A stretch of 63,518 nucleotides of DNA, the filler included, from Octopus bimaculoides (taxonomy: Eukaryota): assembly GCF_001194135.2 (NCBI RefSeq). It is 8 parts of 7 records of this genome, joined end to end, with 100 filler letters (N's around TTAATTAATTAA, not from the genome) between each part and the next. Parts side by side here need not be neighbours in the genome. Positions count along the whole stretch, not along the records: positions 1 to 20,186 come from NC_068995.1; 7 more parts are not named here. The stretch is one strand, 5' to 3'. Shown here piece by piece: positions 1 through 12,573 of the stretch; the stretch's first letter is position 1, and every line of letters starts with the position of its first letter. The notes below the pieces were generated by a model, which saw only the letters and a list, made by a program, of their open reading frames with translations, searched no databases and was not told where the DNA came from. Position numbers and translations under genes: made by a program.

Positions 1-138
1 ATATATATATATATGTATGTATATGCATGTATATATATGGCTATGGATATATTAAAAGAAGAGAGAGAGTTAAGCCAGGAGGGTAATTGGTGCCTTTGCT
101 AACCAGCATCAATTGTTCTACCACTCTGCTTTTTCTAG

Positions 139-174
139 GTGGCCACAGAGATCCAAAAGATCTATCAATGAAAG
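139..174 (+). CDS. PCLO: Piccolo/Fife-like gene, 36-nt micro-exon just before the PDZ core (xGHRDPKDLSMK-G)
   Basis: Polypyrimidine tract + TAG acceptor (136-138) and AAG|GTTCGT donor. It ends in phase 1, in frame with the 4408 exon. RDPKD..KGNG resembles the Piccolo RDSKD..SGNG stretch preceding the PDZ carboxylate loop. An alternative acceptor exists at 148. Confidence 0.6.
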
Positions 175-207
175 GTTCGTGTGCTATTTTTATTTATTAA
201 TTTCTTT

Positions 208-243
<36 letters not shown>

Positions 244-429
244 TCCAGTGTTCTTGATCTGTCCCCCCATCATCGTCAAACCGTGAAAGTGCCGTTGTTG
301 CTATAATCCCCCCTCCCACTGCTAATTCCTCATCCTCTTCTTCTTCTTCTTTGCTCTCTGCAACTGGTTTTCATAACCAGAAGAGTTATACACTTTATTC
401 TGACCGGGGCATTTTAAGAAATCCCTTAA

Positions 430-647
430 CCCCTTTTATTACCACATTTCCCTTGGAGTACACAGTTTGTATTCATTATTTGAAAATGATAAATAATTTA
501 AAAAAATAATTTTGTTATCATTAAGCTGGAATTTGGAACAAACAGTAGTAGGAAATTTTGATGGAAGACTTTAATTAAGGTCCTTTTGAAAGAGTTTGAA
601 TCAGAGAAGCAGGAGCAGTTGTTTCAAGCAGGTTCGTATCAAATGGG
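430..647. mobile_element. Decayed piggyBac-like MITE
   Basis: TTAA|CCC... left end and ...GGG|TCAA right end, with loosely complementary termini (cccttttattacc / gtatcaaatggg). Confidence 0.4.
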
Positions 648-1477
648 TCAAAATGCAGTTAGCAGTTTGGGGGATGGTTTTCAACTTCCATATATATATA
701 TATGGATATATATGGATATAGATGTATGATTTTATAATGTAAAGGAATTGGGATTTGAAATCTGGGCACTCTGATACAATCCAGATCTGCCTAACCACAT
801 CAATTAATAAGGAACATTAAGAATCATTTCAGATAAACATTAAACTTTCTAACTTTCTGGGTGCAACCCCATGGTCATTTATGACTGAAGGGGGGGTCCT
901 ATACATACATACATACATACATACATACAACTCATGAAAGAATCTGCTGTAGTAAAGCTTTTCAAAATATTAAAACTGTACCCACCTTATGTCACTCATT
1001 CACAACAGTACAATGTATTATTATTTTGAAGCATTTTAATAAAGCTATGGGTGTGTCCCTTCATGCTATAGAACAACTTATCAGTTAGGGTTCGGGTTAT
1101 TATTGGAGGAACAACACATTGTGTGTTTGTTCTGTGATGTTTCAGTTACTCTGTGTGTGCCTCTTAACCATATCCTCTGTATGTGTGTGAGGAGTGAGGA
1201 GGTTAGTTCGGGTTTGCTTGTATATTTTGTTTTTATAATTTCTTAATGACTTAATCAGAGGTGAGAGGGTATCGTCCATGGTTGGTGGAAATAAGGGAAT
1301 TCATTACCCTCAGGCCATCATCCAGGCTTACATCCTTGAAACAGAGGTAGAGACCTAAAAGTAGCTAAGGGATTGGTATTGGTGTTAAAATGGACAATCC
1401 ATTAAGTCCTATATCCCACAAACTCCGTCTCTCAGGTGGAATTTTTGTGGTGTAAGACTTAATCCCGTCTCTCAGAC

Positions 1478-1625
1478 AGGCTTCCTCACAATTTCCCTCC
1501 ACCAAATTATCCTTGCAATACTTTGATCAACCCAGTGCTATGACAGAAGATACTTCCCCACTGTGCTGTGCAGTAGGATCGAACCTGAAAACATGTAGCT
1601 GTGAAGAAAAGGTCTTAAGCATGCT
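1478..1625 (-). mobile_element. tRNA-derived SINE (family B), 5' part, decayed
   Basis: The reverse complement resembles the heads of the copies at 3597 and 57414. Confidence 0.45.
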
Positions 1626-2585
1626 TTGTTGGGGGTGAAGAACCACTACATGACACCCCACACACCCTCACCCTGCTGCACCATATGTGACACTTCCTCA
1701 CCTCCACATACTCTACCATCCCTACACAACATTTACTACCCACCGAATTTGTTCCTACCACAGCATTATCCCCTATGCATAACATGCCCTCACAATTATA
1801 TGACACCCCACAACATCCCTTTACTATCACACTGTACACCCTACAATAACACTTTGACCCCAGGCTACACTGAAATATAGTAACAAAGAGAAACTGTGGA
1901 ACCCTCAGGCAACTTGTGATGGTATGAAGTGGTACAGAGGAAAGTCACAAAGCAGAATGAATTATATTTCAACGTGAGGAATAAGCAAAGTGTGCCATTT
2001 GTGGGCAGAGACCCTTCAGACAAAGGGCCTAGCCCTCAACATTAGATTTCTATCCTTTCTCATAGTACAATAATCAGCTCTTATTTTGCGAATGTTTTCA
2101 ACAAGACATTAGGTGGTTGAGGGCACCAGTATGTTGCTACAGAGTAAATAACTGGTCATCTCTCTTTCTCTCGCTGACCATATCTATTGACCACCACACT
2201 CATCAACCTGGCCCAAACCAGTACCACATCACACTGAGTCATTTCTCTATCCTATGGAAATTTTAGCTCTCCAAGGATCAACTTTGCTTCTCCTCCCCCT
2301 GGGGTTTGATAAAATAAGAACCAGTCATAAACTGTGTGCCCTGAGCAAAAGCTTTCGCTCTTTTGCCTTCATAATAAACCATTGTTGGTCCCTATATCTA
2401 AGAAATGAGGATTTCATTGAGGACTTCCCTTTATACAATAGCAAATGCCTATAACAGCATGCTATTATAATCTTCCATAGATGTTACATTAAATTATTAA
2501 GGTCATCCATACTTATGTCAGCATGATATTACAGTCTCCCATACATTCAGTAATGAGTTATTAAGGTCATCTGTCTATCTTTGTA

Positions 2586-2814
2586 CTGGGTTGGTGCATA
2601 ATTATTGCGGATTTTTTTCAACAAATTTTATTCAACAAAAACAATGACAATATTTAACAAAAACATCTTTAAATGATGGTCTGACCGTCTGCCAAGCAAA
2701 CGGGAAACGGTGATTGAAGTAGATGGTGAATGTGCTCCGGAATAATCATTTAAAGATGTTTTTGTTGAATAAAATTTGTTGAAAAAAAGCCACAATGATT
2801 ATGCACCAACCCAA
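2586..2814 (+). mobile_element. Mariner-derived MITE with long TIRs and TA target duplication
   Basis: TA|ctgggttggtgcataattattgcgg... and ...ccacaatgattatgcaccaacccaa|TA, with ~60-bp imperfect TIRs. The centre encodes DRLPSKRETVIEVDGECAPE*, like a mariner transposase C-terminus. Confidence 0.85.
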
Positions 2815-3109
2815 TATATAAGTCATCACAACAGAGAGGTCAACATTGGGCCATCGGTGACCGAAGCTCCGTTGGAACCCCTCACCTCATCATTGCTCTC
2901 TAGCTTCTCACTATCTGTGCTGCCTGCTTTCTTACCTCCTCCTCTCACTCTCTCTGTCATCATTACACTCTCTTCCTCCTCCTCCTTCACCTCACTAACA
3001 CTCTCCTCCTCCACCTCCTCTTTCCTCCCTTTACACTTATTTTCCCTTTTACCATTTATTGTCTTCTGGTATATTTTATAAATCTTATGAATCTGTTCTT
3101 TTCTTTTTT

Positions 3110-3151
<42 letters not shown>

Positions 3152-3153
3152 CG

Positions 3154-3186
<33 letters not shown>

Positions 3187-3204
3187 AAATATGCATACAT
3201 ACAC

Positions 3205-3249
<45 letters not shown>

Positions 3250-3289
3250 GATGGAGGTAGCAAAGACCCATATTGAATAGCTAAAGGGC

Positions 3290-3596
3290 AACAGGTTTAT
3301 GTAGCAAGAGCAGAAAGGAAGAGGTTTACCAATGTCTTTTACGGTGTGAGGAGGATCAGAGATGAGAGCAGTTCCAGATTGCTAGATGATGTGAAGAGTT
3401 TGTGTGGTCTGTATGACAAAATGCAAATGTATTGAGAGAGAAGTTTGACATAAGAGAGGTGAGAGGAAGCATGGATGAGGACAGTTGCATGAAGAAGTTC
3501 CAGTCATTTAGAGTGGATGGAATCTGTGGAAGAGAGGGATCCAGGACAAAGTATTGAAGGCTGATCTCAAGATGCTGGTCCTTACAGAGGAGATGG
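3290..3596 (+). mobile_element. Internally deleted RTE-clade LINE fragment
   Basis: The first part resembles the RQVYLAR..KKKFANV region of the 26.6-27.6 kb copy. The second part resembles the C-terminal region at 47450-47700. Confidence 0.5.
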
Positions 3597-3965
3597 CATG
3601 GTTCCTGGTTCAGTCCCATCATGTGGCACGTTGGGCAAGTGTCTTCTACTATAGCCTCGGGCCAATCAAAGCCTTGTGAGTAGATTTGGCAGACGGAAAC
3701 TGAAAGAAGCCTATTGCACATATATGTATCTCTGAGTGTGTGTGTCTTTGTGTCTGTGTTTATCCCCCCCTCCACCATTTAACAACCAGTCTTAGTGTGT
3801 TTATGTCCCTGTAACTTAGCGGTTCAGTTAAAGAGACAGATAGAATAAGTACAGGTTTTACAAAGAAACAATAAGTACTGGGGTCGATTCGTACAACTAA
3901 AATTCTTCAAGGCAGTGCCCCAGCATGGCCCCAGTCTAATGACAGAAACAAGTAAAGATAAAAGG
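3597..3965 (+). mobile_element. tRNA-derived SINE (family B) with internal microsatellite
   Basis: Shares ggttcagtccc, gggcaagtgtcttctactatagc, gacggaaactgaaagaagcc and the 3' cagcatggcc...gaaacaagtaaag tail with 57414-57780. Confidence 0.75.
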
Positions 3966-4407
3966 TATGTGTACACACACACACACACACACACTCAGAC
4001 ACACCTTCATCAGTACCATTTCAATTAAACAGAGTGGAACATTTACTTGGTCCCTAAAAACCTAATGTTCATCTTCCTGAAACCCCCTTTGCTCTTATAA
4101 TCCTGTTCACTCTAATAATAAAGGGTTAGAATTCCTGTTAGAATCCACACAAAACCCAAACTGTAGACAAATAAGACAATAGTTAGGGCAAGGGACAGAA
4201 TGTTGTTCCTGGAACTGGTGGCACCGCAAATGGAATATCCTGACTTCCAATTTGTGCTCTTGTTTATGTTTTTGTTTTGTTTTGTTTTGTTTATTCTTTG
4301 TTCTCCCAATTACTGCTTTTTGTGATTTTATTGTGAATCAGTGGCTTTCAACAATGTCTTGTGCAGTGTGTTTTTTAATCTGCTCTGGTTTCTCGTTTGT
4401 CTGGCAG

Positions 4408-4533
4408 GAAATGGAATTGGGATGAAAATTGTTGGAGGTAAACAGCAAGGACCTGACGAAGAGATGGTGGCATATGTAGCAGCCATTTATCCTGGAGGTA
4501 TTGCAGAACAGCTACATGGGGAGCTGGAAGAAG
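4408..4533 (+). CDS. PCLO: Piccolo/Fife-like PDZ exon (GNGIGMKIVGGKQQGPDEEMVAYVAAIYPGGIAEQLHGELEEG)
   Basis: CAG| acceptor, AAG|GTAAGA donor, 126 nt, phase 1-1. The peptide matches the Piccolo/RIM-family PDZ pattern GNGLGIRIVGGK...AYIAKILPGG.AE. Confidence 0.92.
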
Positions 4534-5797
4534 GTAAGAACCATTTTTTGCCTATACGATCCAAGGTACTTTAAATGGGCTGGTTATGTGACACTGGTGT
4601 AGGCTACAGCTGTGATCTCACTTTACTTGCCGGTCCTTCTCAGTCACAGCATACCTCCAGCGGTTTCGGACTTTTGTCGTTGCCTCTGTGGGGCCCAACA
4701 TTTGAAGGTCATGCTTCACCAGCTCATCCCATGTCTTCCTTTTTGAAACCACGATCGTGAGGTCATGAATGCAGCACCCTAACCAGTAGCCCATGTACCC
4801 TCACAATTATCACATATATGGCCTGTGAGTTACTGATAGCAGAAATTACTGGGTAACCATGATAGCACTACATGTAGGAATTATGAGCTTATGTGTTAAT
4901 TATAAGGTCCTCAGCAAAGGACAAAACCCATTGTGTGGTGTGTTTTTTGTAGCAAGGAGTAAGGATCACTGTGCCAGCCACATATATATTAGTTATGAGT
5001 TGCCCATAGGAGAGGGCAGGTGTAGATATTAGGGCAACTCATTTACAGGGTACGTATAGCCTGAAGATAAGGGTCTAGACGAGGGTAACATGTGTATGAA
5101 AGTATAAGGTTACATCTACAGGGGTGGGGTGGGGATGGAGGGGATGATATTTGGGAAGTTGGTAGGAAAGATAGATTTCCTGAGGGAAGAATCAATGCAG
5201 AAAATGGAAATGATGTGAGCCCACACATCACGTGATGAACATATCAGTCATGGAGATGGAAGTGTGTTTTTATATGCGTCTGTGAGAGATGATGTGCCTT
5301 TAGTTATACTGTATATAGATGTACATGCACAGAATACTCCAAAATATAGTATACATACTTACTGGTGTGTGTGTGTGTGTCAGTGTGTGCATGTAAGTAT
5401 CTGTGCGTGTGTGTATATATGTGTGAATTTACACACACACAATCACACATACGCACATAACCTGATGTAACTTTCATGCAGGTATATGTAATCCGGGTTA
5501 AGACAATCCCATATGTAAATACGTGTGTGTGTGTGATATATATATATATATATATATGATTTTTATATACAACACAATATCATCATGTATGTATGTCTGT
5601 GTAAATATAAGTGTGTGTACATACACATGCCACACACACACACTGATATGTATACTTGTGTACATAAAGATAAATGCATGCATGCACACATATGCATGTG
5701 TGTGTACATATATATGTGCATAGAATGACAGACAGACAGACAGTAAGATTGACAGAAAGAGAGAAACAAGTTGCAAACACACACACATTTATATGTA

Positions 5798-5838
<41 letters not shown>

Positions 5839-7856
5839 TCACTCATGTGTTGTTGGTTAAAGAGTATATAAGTTTAAGTCAGAAATTAATTGTAAACAGA
5901 TGGAAATGTTTTGCACGATGCATACACATTTAGTGTGTATGCTTCCGTGTGTGTGTGTGCATGTATAATACACACACACACACACACATATATATATTAT
6001 ACTTATATGACACACATTTATACATGCAGATAGCACATATATACATGCACATATATATATCCATATAATACACAATATATATATATTTTATATATATATA
6101 CATATACATTTATATACCTTCATGTATTTATTTGTGTGTACATATCTTTCATTGTCTGTTAAGATACATTCTGTATGTACACATGTATCTATGTATGCTT
6201 ATGTGCATCTCTGTACCAATATCTACGCATATATATACTTGCATCATACATACACACACACATAAACATGCATGTTTTATAGTATATAGACAGACAGATG
6301 TATTTCATTGTATTCTGGCGGACACACCTATTTCTTTCTAAGTAGATAGACAGATGTCCCAGTCCTGTGTATACAACCACATATATATATATATAAATGT
6401 GTGTGTGCATATATATATGTATGTATGTATATATGTATTACAGTGTGTAGATGATGCTATGTGTTGCAGTGTACAAAGGTTTACAAAATTATGCAACGGA
6501 TGTTATTCAAGGCACCGGCCTAACTCCGTTTTTCTGATAATAAGACCTACAAAGGACAACGTTATCCAATCGCAGTTCTTTGTTTTTTCTTCTATGTTTA
6601 TAAGTTGGTTTGTCGAATGTTATATGTTGACAAAATGGAATCAAAGCAGATTGGTGGTTGGAGATAATATGTATAATCTAACCGATTTGTGTTATACAAG
6701 GAGAACAGGCGGTGGGGTGGGGTGTGGTGGTTGGGAGGGAATATATGCTCCCCACCCCCACCCCATCCTGAAACAAAGGGAATACAAGCCATTTGTGTAT
6801 ACAGTCATGGAACCCTTAAATTCAACGATTGCAACAACTTGAAAAATTTTATTTTTATTCAAAATACTGCATTATTTTCTGGCTGTAATGTTTCAACAGC
6901 TGTCTTCAGTTCTTGTGTCATGTCTGCTGCAAAACTTGGCAAGATATCTTTCAAGGAATTTTCTCTACGTTGTTGTTGTTGTTGTTCTCTGGTTTTGGTG
7001 GCAGCGGGTAGGGGTTGGGAAGGGGGGGTTGTGTCTGCATGGTGTAGCAATGGTTTTGTCTTGGGAGAAGAATGTGCTGCCACAGAATTCAAAACGTTAC
7101 TTTTGGCTAGATTTTGGTAAATGTTAGAGAGATAAGGGTGAAGAAGTATGACATGGTTCTGAAATTAGGGTCAGTGGTAAAAGTTCTTCAAATGTTGCTA
7201 TTGTGATAAGAAGGGTCGACGGGGTTGGGCAGGGACGGGCAGGTTTGGAGGAGAAGGAAAAATAGGAGAATTAAGTAAGTTTTAAAGACACTCATCATTG
7301 GCAGGAAGTTAATAGCATTCACAGAAGTAAATTTGGCTCCTTTTGTGTGTGGTGCCGATACCAAACATGTGGTTTATATATGGAACACTCAGCTGAGAGA
7401 ACAGTTCTGAGATTGGGGATTTGGTACTCAGGTCTTAAGTAACCCTCACAACTTCTTCCTTTCATAAATGAATGTGAGATATTTCCTAGCATTATGTAAT
7501 TTAATTAACAGTTGCCATGTGTTGGCCATGGCAAGAGGTACCCTTCCACTCTTTCACAAAAACTATTATTTCTCTCTCCTTATTCTTCGGCTGTTGCTAT
7601 TTACCTTTACTTTGTTGTATTTCTACAACAAATTCGTATTTTTTGTTGCAAGCCACATGGCTGTAACGATACGGTAGAGTAATGGTACCTGATGGGGTCC
7701 AGGTTTGTTGTTAAAGGCAAAAAAAAGAAGCATTTAGCAGTTATTAGAATCAGAGTAGGTGCGGTCGAGGCTGTGTAGTTAGAAGTTCACTTCCGAACTG
7801 CATGGTTTAGGGTTCACTTCCATTGTACAGCACACGTCGGAATCTAATATCTACAG

Positions 7857-8096
7857 CAATGGTTCTCGACCATTTTTTACCTATAGATTCCTCTGATTTC
7901 TGTTTTACTCATTTGATGCTTAAAAAATCTCATTATATTTTTATCGTTAAATATTATTAAAAATTGTACAAAGAAATTGTTTAAATATTTTGTGTGTTGT
8001 GTAGAAGTATAAGAAATTTTATTGCACAAAAATTTTAACAACATAATCTTATGTGGATCCCCCATGGGCCATATAGACCTCGATTGAAAACCTCTG
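7857..8096. mobile_element. hAT-type MITE
   Basis: Termini caatggttctcgacc / gattgaaaacctctg fit the CAGTGGTTCTCAACC-type TIR. The internal aatcttatgtgg motif is shared with 50691-50814. Confidence 0.5.
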
Positions 8097-8170
8097 ACCT
8101 TACACCAACTTGCTAACAATTTGTGTTTTGGGCCTTGTTTTATAAACCCTTATATTTGTTTGTTTTCCAG

Positions 8171-8279
8171 GAGATCAAATTTTAGAATGGAATGGTATTG
8201 AATTAACTGGTAAAACTTACGAAGAAGTTCAACAGACAATCTCACATCCAAATGGTGAGATCGAGCTGGTTGTCCGGCC
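8171..8279 (+). CDS. PCLO: Piccolo/Fife-like PDZ exon ([36 protein letters not shown])
   Basis: ttttccag| acceptor, CC|GTAAGT donor, 109 nt, phase 1-2. Matches the Piccolo-type QVLEWNGIPLT.KTYEEVQ..I....GE.E..VR motif. Confidence 0.92.
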
Positions 8280-8624
8280 GTAAGTGGTTTTCTTTCTTCA
8301 CCTCATACAAATTGTTTTTTTTTTTTTTGTAATATCTTGATAACTGTAATGCCAAGAGACAGAGAAGAGTGGTTTCTATTGTTCTCTGTTTTTGTCTTGT
8401 AGGTGTCTTGTACAGAAAGTCATGTTGACTGTATCACAGCTTTCCACTAACCACTTTCCCTATTTTGGAAGCTTTTTTTCTTCTGAAAAACGAAATTTGA
8501 AAAAAAATGTGTAATACATAATTAGCTCCACTGATTCAGTATTTGGAAACTGGCAAAACAAGCCTTTAAGAACAAAGAGCTAAGCCAAAAGAATGAGACT
8601 AATGGTTTATCAAGCTATTGTCAT

Positions 8625-8990
8625 TTCAGTAGCTGTTCACTACCAGTGAACTAAGGTAACACCTTATTTTTCAAGCACCATCCGGAGTATTCGAGCGGTT
8701 CCAAGCAGTGCTGTTTTCTGCAAGTGCTCCACCCTTATTGCAGCCCCTATTTGTTCCATGTACTTCTCAAGATTTTTACTCGCTGTTCCCAGGGCTCCGG
8801 CAATTACTGGTACTACTGCTACCTTTTTCATTGACCACAACTGCTTAACTTCCCAAGCTAACCTGTCATATCTCTCGACTTTTCTTTCTTCCTTATCACA
8901 TACCTTGTTATCAACTGGGCATGCTATATCTATGATCCAGCATAGTTTGTTTTCTTTCTCAATTAAGACTATGTCTGGCTTCCTATTCTC
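8625..8990 (-). mobile_element. 5'-truncated R4/Dong-type non-LTR retrotransposon, restriction-like endonuclease C-terminus
   Basis: Open frame ENRKPDIVLIEKENKLCWIIDIACP...KVERY..LAWEVKQLW...VPVIAGALG...LQKTALLGTARILR*, i.e. the PD..D/K..KY RLE motif. It abuts an (AAT)n tract. Confidence 0.85.
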
Positions 8991-9004
8991 TATTATTATT
9001 ATTA

Positions 9005-9080
<76 letters not shown>

Positions 9081-9186
9081 CATCATTATTGTTATTATCA
9101 TCATAAAAAGCAAAATGTAGTTAATTCCTGGCTAGCTCAGTGTGTGATGGTCCCTTAACCCCAGATTTATTTTTTTCTCATTTCAG

Positions 9187-9299
9187 AGGCACCAAATTAT
9201 GTCCAAAAGACGGAGAAGGTGGAAACCTTCAAGATGGAAGTTGTCATTCGTCTTACGATAACCTGGAATATATCAGCGACGATGATGATGATGAATATG
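9187..9299 (+). CDS. PCLO: Piccolo/Fife-like post-PDZ linker exon (GTKLCPKDGEGGNLQDGSCHSSYDNLEYISDDDDDEY)
   Basis: Long T/C tract + CAG| acceptor and G|GTACGT donor, 113 nt. Phase 2-1 continues the previous exon in frame with no stop. Confidence 0.8.
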
Positions 9300-9662
9300 G
9301 TACGTATGATACTTACTTAGTTCTTCACCTCTCCCCCCTCCACACGCACCACACTATGCCACCTCGATGGCTCCCCCTGGTGTCACTTTTGTATCATAAC
9401 ACTATTTGTATTCGTAATTATTATCATTCTTTAATGTCCACTATTATTATTATTTGTCACTGTCTTTGTTAAATCCATCCATGACATCCCATCATATTCG
9501 TTGACCCAGTCCAGGCCCTCACGCTCTTTGTTAATGGCCAGCTTCTTTAGAATTAGGATTAGCCGAGAGGTTGGTCTAACATCTTTGTGTTGATTCGATC
9601 AAAGGGGGATTTCTCTTTTGTAGCTGCCTTTGATTCTTTGGTCAATATAGTGTGTGATCTAT

Positions 9663-9710
<48 letters not shown>

Positions 9711-9720
9711 NNNNNNNNNN

Positions 9721-9754
<34 letters not shown>

Positions 9755-10001
9755 CACACACATGCACACAAAAAGCTGTCTACATGTGTGTGTATATGTG
9801 ATGGAAACATATAACTGTGTTTCTGTGTGATGAAAGTGTATAACAGTGAGTGTGTATATATGTGACATAGGTGTATAGCTGTGTGTGTCTGTGTATCTAT
9901 GCTTGTGTGTTGAGTGTTGATGTCTATGTATGTATGTATGTGTGTATGTATGTATGTGTGTGTGTATGTATGTATGTGTGTTATGTATGTGTGTGTATGT
10001 A

Positions 10002-10084
<83 letters not shown>

Positions 10085-10709
10085 CTTTTGATAAGTGCCA
10101 AATTTCTATCAATTATTAATAAAAACATACATATATACTCGTGTTTTGAGATCTATTTTCCTATTTGCATCACCAAACCTACTGTGTGTGTGTATCAGTC
10201 TCCATGTATATGTAATGGGCATATATAAATTTGTGTATGTGTGTGTGTAGCATGTGTGTGAGAGTGTGTGTGTGTGTGTATCACATATTTGTGAATATGC
10301 CACACAATAATAGCAATGATGAAGTAAATAATGCATAAAGCATTTGTAAAGCAAAATACATAGAATACGAAACAACCTTATCGTATCCCACAATTATTGA
10401 TTTGTTATAAACATTATCACATGACACAGCTATAGAGGATGGAAATATAGATGCTTTGAGAAGATACAAAATCAGTGAATCCAGCTATAAATGATACAGC
10501 ATGTAGATATACTGGGTTAAAATGCCCTCAGATTGAGAGAAAGCTGAAGGCTACATGTGGGACTCAAAGCTGCTTCTGGTATACTACGCAACTGTAAATA
10601 TTGTTACCAAAGTTCAGCTTGTAATGAAGCTTCTCCACTCTGACTGCCATAGATATGCAGAGGACAATGCACACACATTCGTGTATCCCTCTTTTTCCTC
10701 TTTTCTTTT

Positions 10710-10745
10710 TCTTTTGATGAAGGACTAACATCCAAAACGTCAAGA
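10710..10745 (+). ncRNA. Decayed minimal type I hammerhead ribozyme (C3U and G12A; predicted inactive)
   Basis: TCTT-TTGATGA-A-GGA/CTAACA/TCC-AAAAC-GTC-AAGA. Stem I TCTT/AAGA, stem II GGA/TCC and the ACGT palindrome at stem III are all present, but two core positions are mutated. Confidence 0.5.
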
Positions 10746-11061
10746 CTCTTTCCTTTCTTATTAAGTGTTACACTGGCCTTCTATACATACATGCATATAT
10801 ATATATATATATATAATGAACTCAATAATAATAATAATGATAATAATAATGATGATAATAATAATGATAATAATAATAATCATACAAGGGTGAGCAATGA
10901 GTGGGGACAATACAGATAATAAAAAGCATTTTTTATTTTGACTTAATTAGTGGATAACGAGTTAAATATATAAAATCAGAAATGTTATGCATAGATAAGA
11001 TATGGATTGAGATGAAAGGAAGGAGATGTAAGTGGTATGATGATGATGATGATGATGATGA

Positions 11062-11099
<38 letters not shown>

Positions 11100-11499
11100 A
11101 GTGGTGGTGGTGGTGATGGCGGTGGCAGTGGTGAGGTTTAGTTTCAAGTTAAGTCTAACAGAGCAAACCCCTGACCGTCAACATTCCAAACATGACCATT
11201 GCACTTTTTTAAGTGTATCTAGGACTACATTAAAGAATACGTCCCTTCCTCATTCTAAACAGTAGAGTGTTTTTAGACTGCTGTTTCTAGTGAGTCACTA
11301 CTCGGAGGGGGCAATCATTTGTTCAAAACAGGGGGATGTAGATGTTGTTGATGGTGGTGGTAGTGGTTTAATAAGAATGGTGAAAGACTTTTAAGCTGAA
11401 ATGACAAGCTTAACCCAGTTAAACTCTGAGTTCAAATTCTGGTGTCTCCCCATCAGGTAAGTACTGCAGGGCGGGGGTGGGGGTGAGGTAGGGTCGTTG

Positions 11500-12139
11500 G
11501 GGTGTTGGTGGTGGTGGTGGTAACACTCATTAATCATTGATTTTCTTCAACATCATCATCATCATCATCATCATTTCACTGGTGATTGCTTTTGTTGTTC
11601 TTCTTCATGTCGTTATTGTTGTTTTCATTAGCAATGTTGTTTCATAACTTTGGTGCTGTTGTTGTTGTTTTGATGCTGTTGGGTCATGGTCATGATGATG
11701 ATGATGATGATTATGGTGGTGGTGGTGGTTTTGGTGGTGATTGTGATGGTGATGATGGTGGTGGTGATGAAGGCAATGATTGTGGTGGTGGTAGTGATTG
11801 TGATGGTGGTGGTGGTGATGGTAACAATCATGATGATAGTTACGGAATATGATGATGCTGACAACAATGACGACAGCAATGATGATGAGGAGGAGCAGAA
11901 GGAAGCTGATCATTGATGATGATGATGATGATGATGGCGTTATTTGTGGTGGTGGTGGTGGTGGTGGTGAGGATGATGATGGTGATGGTGGTGGTGGTGG
12001 TGGTGGTTGTGGTGATGTTGGTGAGGATGATGATGGTCGTGGTGGTGGTGGTGGTTGTGGTGGTGGTGGTGGTGGCAATATTGAGAATGATGAGGATGAT
12101 GATGGTGATGGTGGTGGTTCTGGTCATGATAATGCTGCT

Positions 12140-12170
<31 letters not shown>

Positions 12171-12420
12171 CTCTGAATGATAATGCTGTAGTGTTAGTCG
12201 TCGTTGTTGTTGTTGTTGTTGATGATGATGATGATGATGGCGATGGTGGTAGTAGTGATCATGATGATGAGGAGGTTTATGATGATGATGACGACAAGGA
12301 GGTGGAGGTGGAAGGAGGAGAGTGACAATGATGATAATGAGTACGATGGTGATGATGATGATGATGATGATGATGGAGGTGGCAAAGGTGGCAGTGATGA
12401 CAGTGGTGATGGTGATGATG
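11500..12420. repeat. Compound (GAT)n/(GGT)n/(GTT)n low-complexity tract
   Basis: Read directly. It explains the poly-D/G/M/H/P ORFs in the track. Confidence 0.9.
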
Positions 12421-12422
12421 AT

Positions 12423-12573
12423 ACAAATCCACTTGCAAGGCTTTGGTCAGTCACCCAGGGTCTGTAGTAGAAGACAGCTGACCAAGGCACCACTCTGTGG
12501 GATTGAACCTGAAACAGTGTGTTCAGGAAAAAAGAAAAAACCGTCTTAACCCCGATCAGCCACAACTGCACCT
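12423..12573 (-). mobile_element. tRNA-derived SINE (family B), 5' part
   Basis: The reverse complement matches the family-B head and body. Confidence 0.55.

Noticed and set aside
1050-1400. Possible decayed PLE tail with GAAAC-AGAG-GTA
   Set aside because: No CUGANGA core and no paired stems.
11586-12549. Poly-His/Asp/Gly/Met ORFs
   Set aside because: They are translations of trinucleotide low-complexity DNA in all frames, with no splice or homology support.
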